DNA from: a virus
Taxonomy: Duplodnaviria; Caudoviricetes
DNA: 49,437 nucleotides
Virus record (IMG/VR): IMGVR_UViG_3300020045_001925
Span: 1-49,437 of that record
Strand: one strand, 5' to 3'
The position numbers and the translations under genes were made by a program. The notes beneath the pieces were generated by a model that was given only the letters and a program-made list of their open reading frames with translations, made no database searches and had not been told where the DNA came from. This document shows, in pieces, positions 36,149 to 45,229 of the stretch. Numbering within the stretch: the stretch's first letter is position 1; each line of letters begins with the position of its first letter.

Positions 36149-36236
36149 GTTTTACAGACGGAAGATTAGGTTCAGCAGTGGCAACGGGAACGACCGGAAC
36201 GGGTCTAGCGACATGGATGCAGATGATCCCGAATGA
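36051..36236 (+). CDS. Overlapping single-TM protein (antiholin/holin-like)
   Basis: AAGGA SD; TM FIEYLGYALSFVVMLIQGLAMF then basic KEVRKRYEFYRRKIR. Confidence 0.4.
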   Translation: MWRFIEYLGYALSFVVMLIQGLAMFKEVRKRYEFYRRKIRFSSGNGNDRNGSSDMDADDPE

Positions 36237-36387
36237 CATCGGTAAATTTGGCGTGCTGATGGGCGCTATTTTATCGACGGTGCTGATCGTTTCCCACATC
36301 CTAAAAACGCGCCAAGACGTTCGAGAAGGCGCGTTACGTGAAGAATTATTACGCGCCAAGATCGACGCGTTTAACAACGAGGATTAA
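36145..36387 (+). CDS. Putative holin
   Basis: 80 aa, one or two hydrophobic segments, charged C-terminus, near endolysin. Confidence 0.55.
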   Translation: MSFTDGRLGSAVATGTTGTGLATWMQMIPNDIGKFGVLMGAILSTVLIVSHILKTRQDVREGALREELLRAKIDAFNNED

Positions 36388-38519
36388 TTGGTCAACGGCA
36401 GCACCAGCTTCAGCGCCTCGTCGATGTACCATTGATAATTCAAGTCTGACCAATCAAACGAATCAGCATCAGCGCAATCCGTTACGCGATACCCTGAACA
36501 AATATTCTCATATCGCGTTTCATGCGTTGATTTGTTACCCGTGTGAATACGAATATCCCACGGTGTACCGACGCTATCCAGTTCGCCAGGCTGACCCGCA
36601 ATTTCACGCATTACCGCATTGTAAAAATCATCGGTCAATTTGGCGCGTCGTTTCCAGCTTCCTTGTGTCCCTGTCGGCGGTGAGATTTTGACCATGTTGC
36701 CGCCGTTGCGACTCACAAAATAACGTGTCGTGTTTTGCAGCTCTAATTCCACATTGAAGTCAGTCCAACGCATGATTAATTGCGACGCTCTCGGCACTTT
36801 GGCGCGACACATAAAGTCGAACGGGTCTTTGTGGTTACGGATAAACGCCTCGACCGATTCACCGCGTACCAGTGCGGCCTCCGCAGCGCGCGCTACGACC
36901 TGGGCGCTCGGGTCTTGGTGCCAAAGTGTTTTGTACTCGTACGCGCCTTTGCGCTTCACTTTGCCGCTATCGTAAACAGCCGTGTAATTATTGACGTCAC
37001 GAATTGCCATAAGATCATAATGTGCAAACTCAAGCGACAGCTTAGTGATGCTTTCCCACCATTTGCAAACTTGTTGCACATGACTCAAATATTGACGCGG
37101 GCAGCGATATGTCACGCCGTCCGTATTGATCTGGATCACGGATAAGTTCGGCACTTTGACCAGTTGTTCAGCGAGCATGCACAGCATTAATTGACCGTTG
37201 ATTGTGGTCATCATCGTATATTGCGGGTCAAATAGCGGGCTGAACGCGTTATTTGAATTACCGTACGACGCGTTCAATGCCTCTTTCAGCGCAGCATTTT
37301 CTGGCGTGCCTTTTTTGAACGTGGATCGCTGATTGAAAATGTCGTGATACGTGTCGCAGAATTGTTGGCCCAAATGCTCAGGGTACATTTTGTTGACAAT
37401 TGCCGTCATCGGGTAAAAAGATGTGACGTCTGCGTCCTCAATTACAAAGTCATCGTCGCTTCGCACAATTTGCGATTCAATCGACCCGTGAATGCCGCCG
37501 ACGCCAAATACGTAGGTGAACCCGTCGATTGTGCAATTTAGATCAGAAAATACACCCTTCGTTGTGAGTTTCCCAATATCATTAATATCCCTTACGGCGA
37601 TGGTCTTGGATTTGAATAGTTCAAGAATGCGGTTAAATTCTGGATGCTCGAACTTGATGTACGGAAAGATCACATCGGCGAATACGATAGATAGGCGCGG
37701 CGTTTGGCGCGGTACGCGCTTGCCAGCACCGTCGCGGGTGTAGCATTGAATACCTGACTTTTCCATTTGACTGACAAGGATATTCATACCGATTTTGGTA
37801 TTGGAAAAGTTGAGCATATTCGTGCCGTATTTTTCCGACAGCGACTCGCGTAGATGAATCTCGGAAAGTGACCGCACGTAGAATTTAAGCGTTTCAACCA
37901 CGTCATGGCGGTTATAACTGAGCAGTACGTCCATTTGTTCACTGGTGAGAACCGTGCCGACGGGGAACGGTAAATCCCGCACGTTACGCGATCGCATGAC
38001 GATTTCAAGCGCTTTGAGCGATGTATGTTTGGCCTTATTATCAAAATGCCAAATCTTGAATAAATCCAACTGCGCGAATATTTGATCCTTATCCCAAATC
38101 GTCGTGCCGAATTTATCTTGCGATTTGATGATGCTCATCGCGTAGCGGTAAATGTCGCCAGCGGTGCAGTACGGATTAGCAAGAATCCAATGGACAACTG
38201 GGTAATCGAAGCCGTTATTATTGAAACCCACACCGCGCGCGCCTCCGCGACCAAGCCCGTAAATGAATTCAATGAACCGAACGTTGTCTTGCACACGATC
38301 CGATATTTCAAATACTTGCTCCATGCCCGTTGCGGCGTGAATGAATGTGGCTGTAAAGCAGTTTGGGAATGTTTCAAGGTCATACCCCCAATCACGCACG
38401 TCAAGCGGCGCAGCGATTGAAAAGGCGTGAGACGTGCCGCAATGTGGGCAATCTTCTAAATCAGACGGGTAAGTTCTATCGCACCCGTTAATGGGATCAC
38501 ATTGTGATAAAAAGCGCAT
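36384..38519 (-). CDS. DNA polymerase (family B-like) with 3'-5' exonuclease
   Basis: YDLET, GFNNNGFDYP, YNRHDV exo motifs; DVTSFYP, KEALNASYG, INTDG pol motifs. Confidence 0.92.
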   Translation of the reverse strand: MRFLSQCDPINGCDRTYPSDLEDCPHCGTSHAFSIAAPLDVRDWGYDLETFPNCFTATFIHAATGMEQVFEISDRVQDNVRFIEFIYGLGRGGARGVGFNNNGFDYPVVHWILANPYCTAGDIYRYAMSIIKSQDKFGTTIWDKDQIFAQLDLFKIWHFDNKAKHTSLKALEIVMRSRNVRDLPFPVGTVLTSEQMDVLLSYNRHDVVETLKFYVRSLSEIHLRESLSEKYGTNMLNFSNTKIGMNILVSQMEKSGIQCYTRDGAGKRVPRQTPRLSIVFADVIFPYIKFEHPEFNRILELFKSKTIAVRDINDIGKLTTKGVFSDLNCTIDGFTYVFGVGGIHGSIESQIVRSDDDFVIEDADVTSFYPMTAIVNKMYPEHLGQQFCDTYHDIFNQRSTFKKGTPENAALKEALNASYGNSNNAFSPLFDPQYTMMTTINGQLMLCMLAEQLVKVPNLSVIQINTDGVTYRCPRQYLSHVQQVCKWWESITKLSLEFAHYDLMAIRDVNNYTAVYDSGKVKRKGAYEYKTLWHQDPSAQVVARAAEAALVRGESVEAFIRNHKDPFDFMCRAKVPRASQLIMRWTDFNVELELQNTTRYFVSRNGGNMVKISPPTGTQGSWKRRAKLTDDFYNAVMREIAGQPGELDSVGTPWDIRIHTGNKSTHETRYENICSGYRVTDCADADSFDWSDLNYQWYIDEALKLVLPLTN

Positions 38520-38536
38520 GAGTGGTGACTCGCAAT

Positions 38537-38559
38537 GAAAACCCCGCTACGTAGCGGGG
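38537..38559 (-). terminator. Terminator after SSB gene
   Basis: CCCCGCTA-CG-TAGCGGGG with T-run on minus strand. Confidence 0.6.
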
Positions 38560-38568
38560 CGGTTATGG

Positions 38569-39414
38569 TTAGATTTGTTGCAGTGTGGCTAAATGCGCCT
38601 CAGTCCAGCCCGGCATAGCGAGCAATGCGCTACGTTTGTACGGTACGCCGTTCACCATATACGATGGTTCAACGGGCGCAACTGGTGGAGGCATTACCAA
38701 GTCGTGCGCTGGTGGCGGCGGTGCGCTCGGTGTTGGCGTTAGAGCAGGTGCAGCAGGCGGTGGTGCGCTCGGTGTAGGAGCTGCTACAGCCGTATCGATC
38801 AACGCATTCTGTGGCAATACCGCTGCGACTGTGCCAAATGCTGCGGCTGCGTCTGGTGCCGATGCGCTAACAATCAATTGTCCGGCGCGGGTCAGTTCCA
38901 CAAGTACCGGATTGATATACATGCCGGGTGAATCTTTCGAGCCGTTCGCCTTAGTGTTGAACGAGAGGCGGATGTAATCACCGGGTTTAATTTCGTTTTC
39001 GTCTTTAATCACTTCGTGCGGCTGGTATTTGCCAGCGTGATAAGTAGGGGTCGGGAAGCAAGACGATGCGAACAGTACCCAGTGACCCGGATAACCTTCA
39101 CGGTCGCATGGTTTATTGCCGCGCTTGTTCGGTTCGGTTGAGTCGCCGTCCGTGATTTTCCAAGCGAAAGCGCGTGCGGCATGTTCACCGCGAGGCCATT
39201 CTGTTACGGCTTGAGCTTGAATCGCAGCGCCCCATGGTGTTTGATTCCAGTGAGTCGTGCCGTTTTTGGGAATAGCGATACCGATGGTCGACGAAAAACG
39301 CAACGTACCGTCAGCGAATGTTTTTTGCTGGTTAGTTTTGTCATCCATGTCCTTGTTCATTTTCATCGGATGACCCGCAACGAGACGACCTACAGGGGTA
39401 AGAATATCAGCCAT
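38569..39414 (-). CDS. Single-stranded DNA-binding protein (DUF2815-like)
   Basis: TPVGRL, WKITDGD, GYPGHW, PGDYIR, PGMYIN; Pro-rich tail. Confidence 0.75.
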   Translation of the reverse strand: MADILTPVGRLVAGHPMKMNKDMDDKTNQQKTFADGTLRFSSTIGIAIPKNGTTHWNQTPWGAAIQAQAVTEWPRGEHAARAFAWKITDGDSTEPNKRGNKPCDREGYPGHWVLFASSCFPTPTYHAGKYQPHEVIKDENEIKPGDYIRLSFNTKANGSKDSPGMYINPVLVELTRAGQLIVSASAPDAAAAFGTVAAVLPQNALIDTAVAAPTPSAPPPAAPALTPTPSAPPPPAHDLVMPPPVAPVEPSYMVNGVPYKRSALLAMPGWTEAHLATLQQI

Positions 39415-39416
39415 AA

Positions 39417-40571
39417 TTATTTAACTTCCTTTTGTGTGAATGTGGTGTTGGCAAGTTGCCCATCGTTTTCAACCAGTTTGAAACCAGTCGAAGGAATTTC
39501 AGTATATTGAGCAATGACGGACTTGTCAATACCTTTTTTGCGAGCTTGTGACGGGGTGTCCAAAGTCACAGGTTTACGAATATCAACGCCTAATAAATCG
39601 CCCATCATGATAATTTCATCAACCGGCACGTCAGCGATCCATCGTTCCCGACCTTTACCCGCCGCAATGCCAAAAAATGCTACAGGTTGACCGTTCTTGA
39701 TTTCATGAATCGCTTGTTCTTCGAGGCCGCTCAATCGTGCTTCGATCATTGACGCAGCGCGACGTAGTAGCTTCAATTCCACGCCGAGCGTATCGCCCGT
39801 TAAATTATGCGTAACGAGTTGACCCGCATAATCCACGCCCTCATACGCAACGCGCAAGACCGTGTCACAGTGAGCCCGAGCGGAGCACGTCTTGCAATGG
39901 CTCGACACGACACACTCCGGCGCGTCTTGCATCGCCGCTTTGACGCCATCGCACACTTGATAATAAAGCGCCAAGTGCTCAGCGTGACCATACGTCCAAG
40001 TGCGTACCGTGCCTTCATGATGAAACCCGCGAGGCTGAACGATCCGCAAGTCAAAATTAATGTCGGTATTGAGTGGGAAGTGAGTGTTACGAATACCTTC
40101 CGCATACAGCACCAGCGACCAATTACCGACCGCCTCGACCAAGCGATAACCCGCTTTAAAATCCCACACAACAACCGTGTTGGTCGTCGGGTTGTAAAGC
40201 CACGCATCCGCATAACCGTACCACTCCGGCACGATGTGACTCAAGTCGATACGGTCTTCGACGTGTAGGTCGGTCGGTGCGATGTGGTTATCAACGCAGT
40301 ACTGAAACACCTCCTCTACATAATCGGCGGCGACATCCCTCAATTCTTGAGTGATTACGATACCGTCTTTCGATAATGTACCGACCGGATAACTTACTAA
40401 GCGATCACATTCTGGGCGCATGAACCATTCAGCCACTTCATGACAAGCGCGACCTTCCAGCACCGACTCGGATATTTCACCCGGCAAGCGTGGATAAAGT
40501 TGTTGCGCTTGAAACGAGCCACCGCACTTCATCCAATGATTCGCGTCTGATACTTTGGGGAGTGCTTTCAT
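39417..40571 (-). CDS. Cas4-like PD-(D/E)XK exonuclease (DUF2800-like)
   Basis: W.KC.GS, EGRACH, GYADA, WDFKAG, HCKTC..RAHC. Confidence 0.82.
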   Translation of the reverse strand: MKALPKVSDANHWMKCGGSFQAQQLYPRLPGEISESVLEGRACHEVAEWFMRPECDRLVSYPVGTLSKDGIVITQELRDVAADYVEEVFQYCVDNHIAPTDLHVEDRIDLSHIVPEWYGYADAWLYNPTTNTVVVWDFKAGYRLVEAVGNWSLVLYAEGIRNTHFPLNTDINFDLRIVQPRGFHHEGTVRTWTYGHAEHLALYYQVCDGVKAAMQDAPECVVSSHCKTCSARAHCDTVLRVAYEGVDYAGQLVTHNLTGDTLGVELKLLRRAASMIEARLSGLEEQAIHEIKNGQPVAFFGIAAGKGRERWIADVPVDEIIMMGDLLGVDIRKPVTLDTPSQARKKGIDKSVIAQYTEIPSTGFKLVENDGQLANTTFTQKEVK

Positions 40572-40882
40572 AATTCGGCGCCTACTTCGGCGGCGGCACG
40601 AACGATCGCGCGACGTGTTGATTCAACCATATCATCACCAAATGGTTCAGAGGCGTAAAACGTATTATCTTCAATCGAGCATCGGATTCGTCTGTCGTCA
40701 ATATCAAAAGTTAGATCAATTTTTAAATCCATCAATAATGCGAAAGCATCATCGGTATTGGTTAGCGGGTCCCATGGTTTCGGCCCTCCCGCAGTTGTGA
40801 TCAAACCGCCGTACGGGCGATAGGTATACGCATACCCCATAACCTTCGCCGCCAGTTCTAGTAACTCGATATCCGTTCTCAT
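40568..40882 (-). CDS. Hypothetical protein
   Basis: ELLELAAK..WDPLT..DDAF.L..RRAIVRAAAE family pattern. Confidence 0.75.
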   Translation of the reverse strand: MRTDIELLELAAKVMGYAYTYRPYGGLITTAGGPKPWDPLTNTDDAFALLMDLKIDLTFDIDDRRIRCSIEDNTFYASEPFGDDMVESTRRAIVRAAAEVGAEL

Positions 40883-41550
40883 ACCAACACCGCCAAATCT
40901 GCGACAACTTGTGGAATTAAGTCAGGACGTTGGTTCAATTGTTGAATAGCGGTCAGGCCGTGTTTTGCCAACACTTCGTTGATCGCTGCGATTTGAATTT
41001 TACCGTGGTGACTTGTGAGCCATTTCATCAAACCCGCAAAATCCGTCACAACCGGAGCAACTGGCGGCAGTGGCGGCTCGATTGCGGCGAGCGATGCAGG
41101 TAGGTCAATTGCGAATGGTGGCGGCAATACGGTCGGCTCGGCGGTGACTGCGACGGGAGGTAACGGATCGGCAGCCGCAATGTCCTCAGCCGTGTAACCG
41201 TCATCGCTGTACGCAGCAACCGGAATATTCATCAATGTGGTCAATTCTGCGGTGACTTCTTCAATGCGAGCCGACCATTGTTCATCCGTTAAATCTTTGG
41301 GCTTGCGGCGTAACGTCCACGAACCATCTTTGTTCGTTGCGCGGCTGCCTGAATGAATACGTTCATCCCACGGTAGAGTCGGGACATCTGGTGCTGGCTG
41401 CTCGGTGATGATTGGTGTAGTGCTGGTCGGCGCTGTAAATACGAGTGCAGCGGGCGTGTCGATGTTCGCCATTTCTGCGAATGCCTTTGCAAACGCAGCG
41501 AGCGCCACGACGTTATCCGTACTGCACGTTACTGTAATATTTTTGTCCAT
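40879..41550 (-). CDS. Hypothetical replication-module protein
   Basis: LPWDERIHS..NKDGSW motif; AAGGA SD. Confidence 0.75.
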   Translation of the reverse strand: MDKNITVTCSTDNVVALAAFAKAFAEMANIDTPAALVFTAPTSTTPIITEQPAPDVPTLPWDERIHSGSRATNKDGSWTLRRKPKDLTDEQWSARIEEVTAELTTLMNIPVAAYSDDGYTAEDIAAADPLPPVAVTAEPTVLPPPFAIDLPASLAAIEPPLPPVAPVVTDFAGLMKWLTSHHGKIQIAAINEVLAKHGLTAIQQLNQRPDLIPQVVADLAVLV

Positions 41551-41589
41551 GATTTGATTCCTTAATGAGTGGTTGATTTGATACGGTGC

Positions 41590-41633
41590 TTGACCGTGAA
41601 GCCATTATGATTGATACTTGGCGAAGTTGTCAA
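41590..41633. promoter_or_regulatory. Overlapping divergent promoters, each with TTGAC-N6-GCCA motif
   Basis: Plus TTGACC-17-GATACT; minus TTGACA-18-CATAAT. Confidence 0.6.
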
Positions 41634-41646
41634 TAGGGAAATTTAA

Positions 41647-43353
41647 ATGAACGTAAATTTAAGACCGTATCAATCCGAAGGGAAGCGGGAGATTTTAAAC
41701 CACTGGCAAAACGGCGTGAAGAATGTTTTAGCAGTGTTTCCAACAGGTGCGGGTAAGACCGTCCTGATGGCGAGCATCATCGCTGATGAACCGTACGCCA
41801 CTTGTGCGATTGCACATCGCCAGGAGTTAGTCGGGCAGATTAGTATGGCGCTGGCGCGTAACGAGATTCGCCACCGTATCATCGGCACACAGCTTGTCGT
41901 TAAAACAATCGTGCGTAAGCACATGAAAAAGCTTGGTAAAAGTTTCTACGACCCATCATCACGTCACGCTGTGGCGGGTGTCGATACGCTGGTGCGCCGT
42001 GGCGATCAATTGGCGTCGTGGCTACCTACTGTGAAATTATGGGTGATTGACGAGGCGCATCATGTTTTAAAGACGAACAAGTGGGGCGATGCTGTAACAA
42101 TGTTCCCCAATGCTCGAGGCCTGGGCGTTACAGCCACACCTTACCGCGCTGACGGTAATGGTCTGGGTCGTCATCACGACGGATGGTTCGACACGATGGT
42201 GATCGGTCCGACAATGCGCGATTTGATTCGTATGGGTCATTTGACCGATTACAAACTATACGCGCCGCCTTCTAGTTTTGATCGTTCGTCGTTGAAAAAA
42301 AGCGAAACAACTGGCGATTTCACGGCGTCCAGTTCTTCGCAAGCGGTAGCCACGTCGAGCCTTGTCACGCATACGGACGGCAAGATCGTGGGCGATGTGG
42401 TCGCCACGTATAAAAAGCTGCTCGACGGATTGCTCACAATTGTATTTGCACCCGATTCAGGTGTGGCGAAAGAATTGGAACTTCAATACAACGCGCAAGG
42501 TGTTCCGGCTAAGTATGTGTGGGGCAATATGCCCGACGATGACCGCGAACAAGCTTTGATCGACTTTGAAGAAAAACGCATATTAGTATTAATTAACATA
42601 GCGTTATTTGACGAGGGGCTCGATTTACCCGTACTTGAAGCGGTACAAGACGTTGCGGCGACGGCCTCTCGCGGTCGATTCATTCAACGCGTGGGACGCA
42701 TGCTTCGGCTGATGCAAGGTAAACAGTTCGGAAAATATGTGGATCATGTGGGGAATATTGCGCAGCATTCCACAGTGGTTCACTACCCTAATGGTGAAAC
42801 TAAGATCGAAGTAGCGCATGCCGAATTAACGCTCGACCGCAGGGAGCGGAAAAGCGCAGGCAAATCAGACGTTGCACCCGTTCGAGTGTGTATCAAATGC
42901 ACCAGTGTGTTTGAGCGATTTATGGACGCTTGCCCGTTCTGCGGCGAACCGATACCAGCACCATCACAACGCACGAGCATTGAATTTGTAGACGGTGATT
43001 TGTTCGAGCTGGACGCGTCGACACTGGCGCAACTGCGCGGCGAAGTGGCACAAGTGGATTTGCCCGTTGCGGAGTATCGCGCCATGCTTGCCGCGAAGCA
43101 CACGCCTCACCTCGGCATTCTGGCACACACAAAGCGTCACGTAGAGCGCCAGGCCGCTGTAGCCACACTGCGCGAGACGATGGCTCAGTGGGCGGGATAT
43201 GAGCGCCACGATGGTCTAAGCGATTCAGAAATTTATCGCAAGTTTTACATTCGATTCGGTGTGGACATGATCGGCGCGCAGATTCTCAAGACCGCTGAGG
43301 TCGACGAATTGAATCACAAGATAATGCTTGACCGACTCGCCATTAGCGCATAG
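41647..43353 (+). CDS. Superfamily 2 (DEAH) helicase with zinc finger
   Basis: LRPYQ, PTGAGKT, DEAH, TATP, QRVGR; CIKC..CPFC. Confidence 0.92.
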   Translation: MNVNLRPYQSEGKREILNHWQNGVKNVLAVFPTGAGKTVLMASIIADEPYATCAIAHRQELVGQISMALARNEIRHRIIGTQLVVKTIVRKHMKKLGKSFYDPSSRHAVAGVDTLVRRGDQLASWLPTVKLWVIDEAHHVLKTNKWGDAVTMFPNARGLGVTATPYRADGNGLGRHHDGWFDTMVIGPTMRDLIRMGHLTDYKLYAPPSSFDRSSLKKSETTGDFTASSSSQAVATSSLVTHTDGKIVGDVVATYKKLLDGLLTIVFAPDSGVAKELELQYNAQGVPAKYVWGNMPDDDREQALIDFEEKRILVLINIALFDEGLDLPVLEAVQDVAATASRGRFIQRVGRMLRLMQGKQFGKYVDHVGNIAQHSTVVHYPNGETKIEVAHAELTLDRRERKSAGKSDVAPVRVCIKCTSVFERFMDACPFCGEPIPAPSQRTSIEFVDGDLFELDASTLAQLRGEVAQVDLPVAEYRAMLAAKHTPHLGILAHTKRHVERQAAVATLRETMAQWAGYERHDGLSDSEIYRKFYIRFGVDMIGAQILKTAEVDELNHKIMLDRLAISA

Positions 43354-43356
43354 AAT
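43328..43356 (+). promoter_or_regulatory. Promoter with TTGAC-N6-GCCA motif
   Basis: TTGACC-17-TAGAAT. Confidence 0.7.
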
Positions 43357-43390
43357 AGGATGTATCAACTCACCACACGGAGCAACTGAA

Positions 43391-43921
43391 ATGGATTTCA
43401 TCATACCTACTCGCTTTTTAAAGGCAGCATCGTTGGCAGTGGCGAAAAAAGATAGTCGTCAATATTTACATGGCGTTCATTTCAATAACACAAACGGCAA
43501 ATTGCGAATCGAATCGACTGATGGTTGTCAGTTATTTATCGTAACGCTTGATGATGAAAACGACGCGCCGGACGTTAAATTTATCATCCCTGAAACGGCT
43601 TTGAAACAATTGCCAAAAACACCCTCACTACAAGTTAGTTTCGACCCGGTCACTAATAAAGTGACGGTCGGTATTGTCACGGTTTCAGCTATCGACGGTA
43701 AGTTCCCCGACGTGAACCGAATCATTCCGACAAATAACGCGTCAAATGAACTAGCCGATTTTGATTGGGATCGCGTCGCACTCGGTCAAAAAGTGTTGCG
43801 TTTGGTTGATGGTAAAACCAGCAATGTTTACAAACTGCAATTCGACGGCGTGAACATTGGGCGAATGACTAATCGTACCGGAAAAGCCGCGTTTTATATC
43901 ATGCCATTAATTATTAAATAA
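43391..43921 (+). CDS. DNA polymerase III beta-clamp-like protein (partial fold)
   Basis: DSRQYLHGVHF, ESTDG, IDGKFPDVNRIIP, IMP C-terminus. Confidence 0.75.
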   Translation: MDFIIPTRFLKAASLAVAKKDSRQYLHGVHFNNTNGKLRIESTDGCQLFIVTLDDENDAPDVKFIIPETALKQLPKTPSLQVSFDPVTNKVTVGIVTVSAIDGKFPDVNRIIPTNNASNELADFDWDRVALGQKVLRLVDGKTSNVYKLQFDGVNIGRMTNRTGKAAFYIMPLIIK

Positions 43922-43949
43922 AAGGAGTCGCCCCGTAATGGGGCATTTT
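43921..43949 (+). repeat. SD plus hairpin element, repeated at 45010-45038
   Basis: AAAGGAG(T/C)CGCCCCG(T/C)AATGGGGC(A/G)TTTT. Confidence 0.75.
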
Positions 43950-43951
43950 AT

Positions 43952-44725
43952 ATGACCGAATTAGTCAAGTCGATCAGTATCGACAACATGCTGAATCAAC
44001 GCCGCGCCATCGGGGAGAAATTGACCGAGGCGAAGCGGTTATATGATGAAGCGCACGACATTGCAAAGCGTATGGGGCTGGAAAGTGGCGTACCGACTTG
44101 TGCGTATGGTGATCGTTATCGGCGCGACTTGGGAATTGAGCGCGCCGACTATTTATCGCTGGTGCTGGCGCAAATTGATGCCCAAGCGTGGAATCATCTA
44201 ATGAAGGAAAGTGGGTTACGCACATTCATGGACAGCGCGGCACGCGACCAATGGGATAAAGCGATCCGCGCCAGCAATACCCCCACATTGAACGCCGAGA
44301 ACGTGAAGCATACGTTTGCCGATCTTTACGATCAGCGCGGCACGATGTTTGAGCGTGGCGTTGTGGCAGCGTTTCAATCCCTGTCATGGGATTACAAAAC
44401 GAATCACCCTTGCAGATTCGGCAAAAAGATCATTATTGAACATTTCGGCGGTTGGGAATGGTCGCCCAATAGTTCACGTTGTGACAAGATCGACGACCTA
44501 GAGCGCGTGTTTCACGTGCTGGACGGTAAACCCGAGCCAGATCATCGTAACGGGTGGTATGTGAAATTTTGCGGAGCAAAGCGCGAGGGAGATAGTGATT
44601 ATCTTGCCGGAAAACGATTCAAAAATGGAAACGCTCATTTCACTTTTAAGCGGCATGACTTGGTTGAAAAATTAAATGAAATTATTGCGCGTCATTATCC
44701 CAACATTTTACCAAGTAGAGTTTGA
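43952..44725 (+). CDS. DUF4942-like protein
   Basis: MFERGV..F.SLSWDYKTN.P..FGKKII, DDLERVF..LDGKP, FKNGNAH. Confidence 0.75.
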   Translation: MTELVKSISIDNMLNQRRAIGEKLTEAKRLYDEAHDIAKRMGLESGVPTCAYGDRYRRDLGIERADYLSLVLAQIDAQAWNHLMKESGLRTFMDSAARDQWDKAIRASNTPTLNAENVKHTFADLYDQRGTMFERGVVAAFQSLSWDYKTNHPCRFGKKIIIEHFGGWEWSPNSSRCDKIDDLERVFHVLDGKPEPDHRNGWYVKFCGAKREGDSDYLAGKRFKNGNAHFTFKRHDLVEKLNEIIARHYPNILPSRV

Positions 44726-44749
44726 CGAATCCGTCAAATGCTGTATAAT
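44722..44749 (+). promoter_or_regulatory. Strong promoter with TTGAC-N6-GTCAA palindrome
   Basis: TTGACG-16-TATAAT. Confidence 0.78.
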
Positions 44750-44787
44750 TCAACTTATCGAATCACTACACAGCAACGGAAAACAAA

Positions 44788-45006
44788 ATGCACAACGTTA
44801 AATTTCACTCAGAACGCGCCACCGAAGATCAAATCATTACCGCAATCTTTGACGCTTGCCGCGCAAATGAAGCACGCGAAACAAAGACGGTGCGCGGTGA
44901 TATGACTGTTCAGTTTCATAAATCACAAGGTCTAGTTCTTGCAATCGTTGTAAATAAAGACCTTCAACGATGCGGTTCAGCACTTGTTGACCAATTTGAT
45001 CGCTAA
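44788..45006 (+). CDS. Hypothetical protein
   Basis: Directly after promoter. Confidence 0.65.
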   Translation: MHNVKFHSERATEDQIITAIFDACRANEARETKTVRGDMTVQFHKSQGLVLAIVVNKDLQRCGSALVDQFDR

Positions 45007-45043
45007 CTGAAAGGAGCCGCCCCGCAATGGGGCGTTTTGACCG

Positions 45044-45229
45044 ATGAAAGAATCTGACATTGTTTATGAAAACGGTAAGTTTTGGGTTTACCGCGACACT
45101 GTGAAACAACAGTACACCGTTTTCGAATCAGGTATTACACACTCAACGTCCGTATGTGCATTCACCCTCGACACGGATGGTTTGTCATTTGCAAAAGCAA
45201 CATGTGATTACAAGGCCAACCGACTATGA
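45044..45229 (+). CDS. Hypothetical protein
   Basis: MKESDIVYENGKFWV..G.THS family pattern; ATGA coupling. Confidence 0.65.
   Translation: MKESDIVYENGKFWVYRDTVKQQYTVFESGITHSTSVCAFTLDTDGLSFAKATCDYKANRL

Noticed and set aside
38700-38790. Repeated GGTGCGCTCGGTGT
   Set aside because: Encodes the PTPSAPPP low-complexity linker of the SSB.
39417-40571. Cas4-like nuclease as part of a CRISPR system
   Set aside because: Sits in the usual SSB-polymerase replication module; no cas1/cas2 or array.
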